IMG/VR virus record: IMGVR_UViG_3300044712_002668
Span: 62,001 to 126,000 of that record
Strand: one strand, 5' to 3'
DNA length: 64,000 nucleotides
The position numbers and the translations under genes were made by a program. The notes beneath the pieces are model-generated. The model was not told the origin of the DNA. It was given only the letters and a program-made list of their open reading frames with translations, and did no database searches. The stretch's first letter is position 1; every line of letters begins with the position of its first letter. Positions 41,264 through 51,221 of this stretch are shown here, in pieces.

Positions 41264-41330
41264 CAATGCATTGTTTTGCATACCTTGAGCAGCACTTGGC
41301 CATTCAGATATATGGAAGCTTGAGGTATAA

Positions 41331-44300
41331 ATGGTACGTATCCGAAGCGTAAATGATATTACACTAAACATTATAGATTTCTATAGAACTGCACAAACAC
41401 AGCTTGACTTGAAGCCTGGACAAGTAGCCAGAGATTTACTTGTTGATGGACCTGCCGTTCAAATCTCTAATCTATACGATGAGTTATATCGTGTACAGGA
41501 TGCTCAATCCTTAGCTATTTCTTTGGGTTCTGATTTAGACGCTTTGGCATCAAACTTTGGAGCGGTAAGAGGTCAAGGTAGCACATCTACTGGTACAGCC
41601 ATTGTAACATTCAACGCTATTGATGCTGATATACCAATAAACCAGGGAGAGTTGGTTATAGCTTCAAACGGAGCTTCATTTTCTGTAAACACATCCTTTA
41701 CGGTATCGGTTGTAAATAAAAACACCTATAGAGCTGTAGCTTCTAAATATCGTGCTGACTTGGATTTTGTTGGAATTTCTGATCAGTATGCTGTAGAGGT
41801 GGCGGTAACCGCTACTACCACAGGTACAACAAGTAACATTGCCAAGTATAACTTGAATACAACAACGATTGCTGGAGCGTCTGGAGTTACAAACGCTGCA
41901 GCTTTCAATGGTGGTTCTGCCCCAGAGAGCGATACTGTATTCAAAAATAGATTGCTTGGAATTTTCAGTGGTTCAAATACAGGTACCTCTGCTGGTTATA
42001 AAGATATAGTTCTATCAGATCCTGAGGTTGTAGATGCTTTGGTTGTTGGTCCTGGTGATCCTTTGATGACAAGGGATGGAACAGTAACTGTTGAAAACCC
42101 AGATGGAAGTTATACTATTGTGTCCGAAGGAACCGGTGGTAAAGTTGATATTTATGCCTATGGTTTTCGTTTGGTTCAAAATGTAGATAGTTACATATAC
42201 TATGATAAGAGCAATCAAAACGATACTACAAATGCTGCTAACAATTTTGTATTGGGTCAGATTGCAAGCGATGCAAACAAGACAGTTTCCAAAAAACGTG
42301 TAGATGATATTCAAAATGGTACAGTACCAAACCAGCCTGTTATAAATATCATTTCTGTATCAGGTTCTCTAAGCGGATCTAACTTCGTTCAACAAACTAC
42401 AAATAGCCTTGGAGTTTCTTCTGGTAACTACACCCTTTTGAAAGACACAGGGGCTTATGCCGGTAGTCCTTGGGGTTTTGATAGTTTACATTGGACAGAT
42501 GACCATATTAGAGATTATGTTGAAAATGAAACAAAAGGATCTTTTAACGGACAAGACCCATTAGGTTTCACAGATGTTTCATCAATACCAAGTGTAAAAC
42601 AAGATATACAGATAATAAATGAAAACAGTGTTGTTAGTTCTACTGACAGAACCTCTATTCAACTAGCGCACTATCCTGTCAGCAACGTATCTCGTGTTTT
42701 CAATCAGACCACAGGTGAAAGATATGTTATATCAAACCAGAACCCTGATGGAAGTGGTTCATTAAATGAAACTGGACGTATTATAATTTCTGGTAACACG
42801 TTACCAGCAGTCAGCGATATACTTCAAGTTGATTATATTTGGAATTATAGTTATGATCCTTCTTTTGATTATGATAACAAGGTAACATCAGACAACCCAA
42901 GAACTGTTACAGACAGCATTGACTGGGGATACTCAAACGCAGTACGTAGAGAGGAATCTATTGTTGTAACCAGCGGCTCTCAGAAAGTAGTCCAGGTAAC
43001 ACACCCTATAAGCTCAGTTATCAGCGTAAATACATTTACAGGAGAAACAGCCACAGTCACATTGGTTTCGGATCGTTTGGCCATATTTGTTGGGTCATTG
43101 GTCTTGAATGTTATCTCTATAATCAGAAACTCTGATGGTGCAGAGTTGTTTCATACAAATGCGGAAAATGGTAGCTTTAGTGGCTTTACCGTGTTTTTGC
43201 CAACAGATACGGTAGCTAAGATTGGGGACAGCGTTAGTGTAAGATATAATGCATCTGATATCTTTACAGTATCAGGGCTCAGCGGAAGTTTTAGCTCAAA
43301 CACAATTACAATATCTTCGGCCAGTACTGTTACAGCGGGGACTATAGTTGAGTGTAATTATATTGCAAATATAACACAGATAGTACCTACCATTACACTT
43401 CCATCATTACCAGTTATAAAGAGTGGTAATTACTTTACCACAGGTACACAAACCATAGGCGTTCAACCTGTAACCAACATATATTCATCCAATGTTGTTC
43501 AAAAGAATTTAAGAACAGCACCTACCCATCTTAGACTTGCAATTACAGGTTCTATATCTCCGGGTGTAATAACAGTTACAGGATCAACTGTATTGGGCAT
43601 TTTTGATGGAGTGTTTGTTGTAACCAGCTCTGGTTTAACACATAATCTTTCTACCCTGGTAAAGAGCGCTCTTGGTTTGAATAGTAACCAATCAGTACCA
43701 TCAACGGTTTCAGTAATAAAACTTGTTACCTTTAAAAAGGTTGATACTGATAACAATCTTAATGTTCTTAGTACAATACATACCTATGATATCAATGGTT
43801 ATTACTTGAAAGATAACAGTTATGTAAAGAGTGAATCAGTAGCTGATTCCACATTATCAACAACTCAAGTAAAACTTCCATCTACATCTGGAAATACTGC
43901 AAACTCTCCAATTATTGGAGATAAAATACAGGTTACTTTTTATATAGTAAAGACAAGTGATTCTGAAAATATTTCCTTTGGAAAGAGCGGATCTCTGTAT
44001 ACCAACAAAACCTTTTCATATGTAGATTCAATAGCAATATCTAGCGGTTTTACATCTACAGAATCTCAATCCGCTACCATAACAGTATACCCTCAAAACC
44101 AACCTGCACAAGGATCCAGATACTCGGCCACTTATGATTATATTGCGCCAAAACAAAACGAAAGAATAACAATAAATTATAACAATAACGGTGTGATATC
44201 TGATAATACATTTGCAATAGAGAGGGCTAGACCAATAGGACATGACGTTCTTGTCAAACAGGCTATTGGAGTTTCTGTAGATGCTACCCTGGCTGTTGTA

Positions 44301-44567
44301 GTGACATCTGGATCTGAGAATTCAAGTACAACAATACAACAAAACGTATATGATGCAATTGTTAGTTCATTGAATGCTACTCAGCTTGGAACAACTGTAG
44401 ATAGCTCAGACCTTATAAATACAGCATATACAATCACAGGGGTTGATAGAGTAAGAGTTATATATTTCAATAAGACTGGAAATACAGGAAGTGTATTAAG
44501 TATTTCGGCAAACAGTAATCAATATCTTCAAGCTGGAAGCATTACAATTAATATGGAAAGCAGATAA
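41331..44567 (+). CDS. Baseplate J-like wedge protein (gp6/gp47 family) with insertions
   Basis: GSDLDALASNFGAVR, FNGGSAPESD..FKNR, GTSAGY, GGKVDIY. Confidence 0.82.
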   Translation: MVRIRSVNDITLNIIDFYRTAQTQLDLKPGQVARDLLVDGPAVQISNLYDELYRVQDAQSLAISLGSDLDALASNFGAVRGQGSTSTGTAIVTFNAIDADIPINQGELVIASNGASFSVNTSFTVSVVNKNTYRAVASKYRADLDFVGISDQYAVEVAVTATTTGTTSNIAKYNLNTTTIAGASGVTNAAAFNGGSAPESDTVFKNRLLGIFSGSNTGTSAGYKDIVLSDPEVVDALVVGPGDPLMTRDGTVTVENPDGSYTIVSEGTGGKVDIYAYGFRLVQNVDSYIYYDKSNQNDTTNAANNFVLGQIASDANKTVSKKRVDDIQNGTVPNQPVINIISVSGSLSGSNFVQQTTNSLGVSSGNYTLLKDTGAYAGSPWGFDSLHWTDDHIRDYVENETKGSFNGQDPLGFTDVSSIPSVKQDIQIINENSVVSSTDRTSIQLAHYPVSNVSRVFNQTTGERYVISNQNPDGSGSLNETGRIIISGNTLPAVSDILQVDYIWNYSYDPSFDYDNKVTSDNPRTVTDSIDWGYSNAVRREESIVVTSGSQKVVQVTHPISSVISVNTFTGETATVTLVSDRLAIFVGSLVLNVISIIRNSDGAELFHTNAENGSFSGFTVFLPTDTVAKIGDSVSVRYNASDIFTVSGLSGSFSSNTITISSASTVTAGTIVECNYIANITQIVPTITLPSLPVIKSGNYFTTGTQTIGVQPVTNIYSSNVVQKNLRTAPTHLRLAITGSISPGVITVTGSTVLGIFDGVFVVTSSGLTHNLSTLVKSALGLNSNQSVPSTVSVIKLVTFKKVDTDNNLNVLSTIHTYDINGYYLKDNSYVKSESVADSTLSTTQVKLPSTSGNTANSPIIGDKIQVTFYIVKTSDSENISFGKSGSLYTNKTFSYVDSIAISSGFTSTESQSATITVYPQNQPAQGSRYSATYDYIAPKQNERITINYNNNGVISDNTFAIERARPIGHDVLVKQAIGVSVDATLAVVVTSGSENSSTTIQQNVYDAIVSSLNATQLGTTVDSSDLINTAYTITGVDRVRVIYFNKTGNTGSVLSISANSNQYLQAGSITINMESR

Positions 44568-47500
44568 TGTCAAATCTAAACATAGTAAATATTGTACCAA
44601 CCAACAGTAGGACTATAAACGCAAAATTTTCGGATCCTGTAACTCCTTTATTGGGTACCGAAAACGTTGTTGTAACTTCTACTGTTTCAGGGGTTCCAGA
44701 TCCTAAAGTATTAGGTATTTATGTAAATGAAAATATCGTTCTGGTGTATACCCTTCCATTGACACCTTATGCAAAATATACAATAACCTTTCAATCAACT
44801 CCAAATTTAAAAGTACAAGATAGTTCTGGAACAAAGTTTCTTCTTGAAGATGGAATTTACAACGTATCAAAATTCATAGGTCCTGAGGACCCTGACAATC
44901 CGATACGTGATATCTTGGTTTCAAATCTTCAACAAAATGTTTATGATCTAACTCCTGGTACATTGGTAAGAACAATACTTGATCAATTGGCTACCAATTT
45001 TTCAAAGGTAAACCACGATATATACCAGGCCAAGAATGAAAACTATCTTACCTTGCTTATTCAAGATGAACAAAAAACTCGTGGTTTTGGCCCATGGGAC
45101 AGGTTGAACCAAGAAGGCGCTTATGAGGTTATAAGGGTTGGTTTAACAGAAACAAATGCCAATTTGCCTGGAGCTATAACTTTTACAAGCTTTCCAAGAG
45201 ATCCTATTACCTTACAAGGTGTAACAGTTCAAAATGAAACCCTTACATTCGGAAGCGGATCTGGCACATATGATAAACAAACTCTTACAGTAAAAAATAA
45301 TCCTGTAACCAGATTGACATCAGTTCAAATTAATTACTCTAACGGAAGTTCTTTTGTATATAATATAAACCAATATGGTTATAGAATATTGAATGCAAAG
45401 TATGATTCTACATATGGACGACCATATTCTTTATTGAGTGACAATCAATTTGAACTCAGTGATGATTTGTTTGATTTGCCAACCTTTGTTGCTCCTGGTG
45501 GTAATGACACTATAGTTGTAACATATGAGTATAAACTTTTAAGTAGAATTGTTACAGAGGATTCTGTTACGGTAACTCAGGTTCTATCGGCTGTACGTGA
45601 GCCGGCACCAGCAGAAGCTACCTTATTCTCAATTAAGAATGCTCCGGTTGTTACAAGTGCTGGTAAAGATGTTACAAGTGCTGGTATCCAGTTTTTGGAT
45701 CCTTATTCTACCACACCTTTTAGAAGTACGCACCCAGCGTTTTTATATGAAATCCCTTATAGGGAAGGTGGTTTGCCAAAGCTTCCTGGCCAATATGCCG
45801 TTGACTATACTACTGGCAGAGTTTTTGTTTATGGAGCCCAAAACAATGATGGTACAGGGTTCTTCCCACCAGCAATGACATATTATTACAAAGATACCTT
45901 TGTAAGCAAACTAGACTATACATATGTACCAGATCAGTATGATTTGGTAGCATCTCCTTTAAGAGAATTGATTGGACAAACAGCAACCATTTCATTCAAC
46001 TATGATCAGGTGCTTACACCTGGCGTAGACTATGATGCAACTGTTCACCAAGAAGTTCTTAATGAAAGAATTGGAAACAGACTTATCAGTTCAAATACTT
46101 TGGTGGTAGCTAACGCTCCTGTAACCGATGTTTTTAGAATATATAATGAAACAACTGGTGAAATATATAATGCTACCAGATTCAGTTTTAACAAGATATC
46201 ATTTTCATATAACAAATCACCTAGAATATTTGACACTACAAGAGAGCGCGCATCATTTCAGGATGTAACTAGTGAATCATTGGTTTTGGCAAAAGAATTT
46301 CTAAGCACTAGTGGTTATAGAATATTCAAGTTTGTTCTGAATAACAACAAGATAGTATCTGGCACTGAAGACCTGATAGGTAGCAGCTATAATACAAGTG
46401 CGTTTTTCAGTAGACAGGATGTGTTTGCTCAAGAGGTATACTATGACTCACAAGAGCTTACTGAAACTATAAACGTAGCAAGATTGGTTATCGGTCAATA
46501 TCAGATCAATTACCAAGATGGTGTTGTGTATGTTGCTGTTTCTCCAGCCCAAACACCAAGCGTTGGAACGATATCCTATAAAAAACTAGCTGTATCTCCA
46601 GCAAACCCACATGTTATATCTGTAAGCAATATATACTATAGTATAAATCAAAACACAGGTGTATCAAAACAGCTTGATTACAGTGGTTTTGATGATGGTG
46701 TCATATACCCATCTGAATATGATTTATCAGATGAAAGGTTTACAAATAAAAATACGTTAGCCCCTTACATTTATGACACTGGAACTATTACTGTTACCGA
46801 TGATATCAAAGCATTACGTGGCGTATATGATGCGTATGATTTGAATAACAGTGTAATACCAACAAACTTTGCAGAGAACGCTACCTTTAGCGCAAATGTT
46901 ATTACACTATCTCCTCAGGGGATTATGAAGTCTGGACAATTTATTGTTAGCGGCGCTCTAACAATTACCGTTCCATATTTATCTCCTGGTATTGTATTGG
47001 GTTCGGTATTCAGCGTAATACGTATCACTGACAATCAGCAATTAGTAGCTGGTGCAAGTGTAAATACAAATACCATTACACTTTCCCCTAGCAGTGGTGT
47101 TGTAGCTGGTGATGTAGTAAATGTAATATACTATGTTGTTATGAATGGGGCGGCTACCCCGGTAGTTGATTATAATAAAGGTGAATATTATATTGACTAT
47201 ACATATCTTGCAGATGAAATATTGGTAAGCTATGAATACGGTGACAACGTAATAGACTTCAGACAAAATGAGACGGTTTCTCCTGGTAGCACATACTATG
47301 TTTCTTATAGAGTAGGTGCTCTTAGAAATGCATTGTTAAATAACTTTGCAGCATTGATAAAGATCCCAGAGTTACAAGCTTTCGACTCTTATCTTGATAG
47401 GGAGGTATATAGAGACATTCTCATAGGGGCTTTACAAACCTTCACTAAGGGTCCAACAAACCCAGCTTTCAAACAACTTGTTTCAAGTGTTACAAAGATA

Positions 47501-50500
47501 GAACCACAGATTACAGAAGATCTGTTCAATGCCTGGTCTTTGGGTGTAAGTTATTTGAAGCCAAATGGAACAAGTGTTTCAGGAACACCACAACTTACAG
47601 TTGGCAAATATGATCAAGGGTTAGCTATCAGAAAAACAGGGGATGCAGTATCTTTTCCAGTATCAAACAATTTGAGATTGGAAGAGGGTACCTTGGAAAT
47701 GTGGGTTATACCTGATTGGGATGGTGTAGACAATGATGCTTCAATTACTTTCTCTGTATTGAAAAACTCTCTTCCTATAACATCAAGCTCTGTCTTTATA
47801 GGATCTAGAAGTTACAATCCTGAAATCATTGATGGATCTTTTACGCTAAACAGAAACGATAGCAATAGTCCTGAAGGTTTGCCTTCTGCTATATTTTTGA
47901 ATAATAGCGGATTGTTTATATATTATGATAAAGATAATAAACAATGGAAGATGCTGGCTAAAGAACCAATGGGTTCGGCTGCATCCTATACAGGAAGCTT
48001 GACATCAACTGGTGAATTTTATAATGTTGGATTTATTCCTGGTGTTGGTGAGCTTGATGATGTTTTGAGATCATCATCTCAAACGTTGGATTTTGAATTC
48101 AACTTCAGCCCATCAGATCCTCAGGATGGATATGATGGATATGTTGATGGGTATGTAACAGGATATAAATTTGATGGTATTCAGTTGATGTCTGATAATG
48201 ACCATTATATCTTTGACTTTGGTAAGACAGAGAATACTAATAGATTCTCGCTGTACAAAGATGGTCGTGGATACATTGTATTTGAGGTATGGGACCGTGG
48301 AGGGTTCAGTAATGGAGTAAAACCTGAGAGGCGAAACGTATATCGTGTTAGTTCAGATATAAGGGATTGGACGGCAGGATCATCTCACCATGTTGCCGTG
48401 TCATGGATACTGAACTCATCTGATAGAAGAGATGAGATGCATTTATATATTGATGGATTTGAAACTCCAAATATTATGCGTTATGGTAATATACCTGATA
48501 TTGCCTCTACAAACAGATTCCGCACTATTGTTCCAGAACAGGTATTGGGAATAGTGCCAAAAAATACTATTGCAGGAAATGACTTACAGATATTTACAGG
48601 ATCAAATGTAGTAGAATCAGCCTCTGTTGATTTTCAAGCTGGTGGAATTTTGCCAGGTGATTTGATAGAGTTACAGGAACAAGGTTTAGGTACATATACC
48701 ATAACATATGTTTCTGGTAATCAGTTAACTATCAGCTCTATAATGCCGTTTACATTATCAGATGCAAGGTTCTCAGTAAACCCAACAAGCTTTGTGGTAT
48801 ATACAGAAATTGATATTTATAAAAACATTGCGGTATTTATCTCTACCGGTCCTAATGACCCTGGTACAGAAATCCCAGGAGTAAGGGCTAACATTCCTGG
48901 TTACAGCATTGAAAGAAATACTCTTAATCAAAGAATTCTTAAAATATTAGGAGATGCAAATGCTGGTGACACCGTATTGATCAAGCCATTGGGATTGAAT
49001 CATCGTAGATGCAGAGAAAGATTATATCTATGGAATGATCAGTCTATAATAAAAACTGCATTACCTCCACCTATCAACTTGGATGATGTTGTATTGAGAC
49101 CGGTACAATTGCCACTTACTCCGATAGGGCCAAGTAATGCAACCATTATAGGGATGGATTTTGATATAACATTTACAAGTGTTAGCCAGCCTAGCAACCC
49201 TCTTGAGGGAAGGCATTTGGAAGTAAGGATCACTGGAGAGAATACATCCTTTACAACTCCTACAGTGGTTACTATAAATGGTACTTCAACTGGTGGTGTA
49301 ACAGAGACACTTACATTTACATCTGCAGTAAAACAAAGTACTTCTTATAAATGGCAAACCATTACAAGTGTTCATGTAGTAACAACCCCAATTGTGCTGA
49401 CACAAAATTGTGTATCCATAGAAATAAAGGAATTGTACTCTGTTACAAACCCTGATGGAAATACTATTTATCCAGTAATCAGGTTTGCTTTCAAAACTCA
49501 AGGTGGTCTATCCCTTTCTGGATCAGGTACAACACTGGTTACAGATGTCAATGGATACTTTGCAGACTCTGATGTTGGTAACTTGTTAGAAATAACCGCG
49601 CCACCAGCGGTGGCAGGGTTGTATGAGATAGTTCAAAAAATTGATAACTACAATGTTGTATTGAATATACCTACACCTACCTCATTTACAAATGGAAAAT
49701 ATTCAATATACAATATAAGCATTGGTAGAAGTGGTTTTCAGAATGGTTTCATGTTTTTTGAAAGAGCTGGTTTTACCAATGTACCATTCTATATTCCTCA
49801 GGGGTATTTTGATATAGACTTTGCGGCATGGCTGGAGGTACCATTTGATCCTATAGATCAAACCGCTTATATTGGAAACGATATAACATTACAAAAACCA
49901 GCCAATGCTGTAATAGATGAATTTAGAATTTTGAATTATCAACTCACAGATACAAGGGTAGGTGAAACGGTTGATGTTCAATCAATAACTACAAATGCTG
50001 TTGAGTTTGCTCCATTCACAAATGATCCTCAAACACTTACATTATTACATTTTGAACAATTACCACCTATAAATGATACAGAATTTTACATCTATGCTAC
50101 AAAGGAGTATGTACAATCTGCAACCAGTGTAAATTCAAAATTTGGAACATGTATTGTTATTAAAGACAAGGGATTGGTATTTGATAATGATGGAACCTTG
50201 AATACCAGCAGTGATGGTATGGTTGAATTCTGGGTAAGCCCAAGATTTGATACATATAATGACCCTATACCAAGAGTATATTTTGATGCTGCAGCGTCTA
50301 TTGTTGAAAACAACACCAGTTTAACAAAAGAAATTGTAAAGGTATCTGGAAAGATAAACAAAGTACTATCTGTCAAAATGGCAAATGATAGTGTAACAGA
50401 TTATTATGGTGGTGGTGTAATAGGCCCAGATCGTCAAACCATATACTTGAACAAACCTTTACCATTCCAGCAAAGCCCTGTTGTCATCACTTATGTTTCT

Positions 50501-51217
50501 ACTGGAACCCAGGGTGATAGGCTGACGATATATAAAGATAGGGATGGTTTTATAAATCTATCCGTTCTGGCTGGTGGAAGTTTATTTGAAACCCGTCAAC
50601 CTGTATTCTGGCCAAGGGATACATGGCACCGTGTCAGGGCTTCATTCAAGTTTAACCGTTCAGATCATAAAGATGAGATAAGATTGTTTGTGGATGGTGA
50701 AGAGAAGGGTATTTTGATGTTCGGCGCTCCAAACGTTCTATTCGGAGAAGGAACAAGCTTTGGACAAAACTATACTGGTGTTACGAATCAAAAACTTGTT
50801 GCTGATATAAACTTTCTTGACACTATCAATCAGTTTTCTATTGGTCAAGACTTTACAGGAAACTATGGGGCTCAGGCTAGGTTTGATAATATAAAAATAA
50901 GTAACAGAAGTATTGATCCTCTTTTGGTTGGAAACCAACCTAAAGATGTGTATTTCAATACAAATTCTGATTTCATATATCCATCAATCTCTGATGCGTT
51001 CACTACCTTCTTGATGGATTTTGATCAATTGGTACAAAAAAATACAGATTTTGCTATGGTAATAGATCCCGTCTCTGGTATTTTCAATTTTACCCTGAAT
51101 ATCATTGATTCTTTTGACATAGTGATAGATAATTCTAAGGTCCAGAATATCCTTGAAGCTATGATAAAGGTTCTGAAGCCAGCGGTATCAAAGGTTCAAA
51201 TTAACTATATAAAGTGA
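44567..51217 (+). CDS. Very large baseplate wedge protein (gpI/gp7-like) with LamG/concanavalin-like domains
   Basis: YRDILIGALQTFTKGPT wedge motif; EGTLEMWV, HHVAVSW, LYIDG, IDEFRI, WHRVRASF LamG patterns; C-terminal IKVLKPA. Confidence 0.65.
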   Translation: MSNLNIVNIVPTNSRTINAKFSDPVTPLLGTENVVVTSTVSGVPDPKVLGIYVNENIVLVYTLPLTPYAKYTITFQSTPNLKVQDSSGTKFLLEDGIYNVSKFIGPEDPDNPIRDILVSNLQQNVYDLTPGTLVRTILDQLATNFSKVNHDIYQAKNENYLTLLIQDEQKTRGFGPWDRLNQEGAYEVIRVGLTETNANLPGAITFTSFPRDPITLQGVTVQNETLTFGSGSGTYDKQTLTVKNNPVTRLTSVQINYSNGSSFVYNINQYGYRILNAKYDSTYGRPYSLLSDNQFELSDDLFDLPTFVAPGGNDTIVVTYEYKLLSRIVTEDSVTVTQVLSAVREPAPAEATLFSIKNAPVVTSAGKDVTSAGIQFLDPYSTTPFRSTHPAFLYEIPYREGGLPKLPGQYAVDYTTGRVFVYGAQNNDGTGFFPPAMTYYYKDTFVSKLDYTYVPDQYDLVASPLRELIGQTATISFNYDQVLTPGVDYDATVHQEVLNERIGNRLISSNTLVVANAPVTDVFRIYNETTGEIYNATRFSFNKISFSYNKSPRIFDTTRERASFQDVTSESLVLAKEFLSTSGYRIFKFVLNNNKIVSGTEDLIGSSYNTSAFFSRQDVFAQEVYYDSQELTETINVARLVIGQYQINYQDGVVYVAVSPAQTPSVGTISYKKLAVSPANPHVISVSNIYYSINQNTGVSKQLDYSGFDDGVIYPSEYDLSDERFTNKNTLAPYIYDTGTITVTDDIKALRGVYDAYDLNNSVIPTNFAENATFSANVITLSPQGIMKSGQFIVSGALTITVPYLSPGIVLGSVFSVIRITDNQQLVAGASVNTNTITLSPSSGVVAGDVVNVIYYVVMNGAATPVVDYNKGEYYIDYTYLADEILVSYEYGDNVIDFRQNETVSPGSTYYVSYRVGALRNALLNNFAALIKIPELQAFDSYLDREVYRDILIGALQTFTKGPTNPAFKQLVSSVTKIEPQITEDLFNAWSLGVSYLKPNGTSVSGTPQLTVGKYDQGLAIRKTGDAVSFPVSNNLRLEEGTLEMWVIPDWDGVDNDASITFSVLKNSLPITSSSVFIGSRSYNPEIIDGSFTLNRNDSNSPEGLPSAIFLNNSGLFIYYDKDNKQWKMLAKEPMGSAASYTGSLTSTGEFYNVGFIPGVGELDDVLRSSSQTLDFEFNFSPSDPQDGYDGYVDGYVTGYKFDGIQLMSDNDHYIFDFGKTENTNRFSLYKDGRGYIVFEVWDRGGFSNGVKPERRNVYRVSSDIRDWTAGSSHHVAVSWILNSSDRRDEMHLYIDGFETPNIMRYGNIPDIASTNRFRTIVPEQVLGIVPKNTIAGNDLQIFTGSNVVESASVDFQAGGILPGDLIELQEQGLGTYTITYVSGNQLTISSIMPFTLSDARFSVNPTSFVVYTEIDIYKNIAVFISTGPNDPGTEIPGVRANIPGYSIERNTLNQRILKILGDANAGDTVLIKPLGLNHRRCRERLYLWNDQSIIKTALPPPINLDDVVLRPVQLPLTPIGPSNATIIGMDFDITFTSVSQPSNPLEGRHLEVRITGENTSFTTPTVVTINGTSTGGVTETLTFTSAVKQSTSYKWQTITSVHVVTTPIVLTQNCVSIEIKELYSVTNPDGNTIYPVIRFAFKTQGGLSLSGSGTTLVTDVNGYFADSDVGNLLEITAPPAVAGLYEIVQKIDNYNVVLNIPTPTSFTNGKYSIYNISIGRSGFQNGFMFFERAGFTNVPFYIPQGYFDIDFAAWLEVPFDPIDQTAYIGNDITLQKPANAVIDEFRILNYQLTDTRVGETVDVQSITTNAVEFAPFTNDPQTLTLLHFEQLPPINDTEFYIYATKEYVQSATSVNSKFGTCIVIKDKGLVFDNDGTLNTSSDGMVEFWVSPRFDTYNDPIPRVYFDAAASIVENNTSLTKEIVKVSGKINKVLSVKMANDSVTDYYGGGVIGPDRQTIYLNKPLPFQQSPVVITYVSTGTQGDRLTIYKDRDGFINLSVLAGGSLFETRQPVFWPRDTWHRVRASFKFNRSDHKDEIRLFVDGEEKGILMFGAPNVLFGEGTSFGQNYTGVTNQKLVADINFLDTINQFSIGQDFTGNYGAQARFDNIKISNRSIDPLLVGNQPKDVYFNTNSDFIYPSISDAFTTFLMDFDQLVQKNTDFAMVIDPVSGIFNFTLNIIDSFDIVIDNSKVQNILEAMIKVLKPAVSKVQINYIK

Positions 51218-51221
51218 TGAT

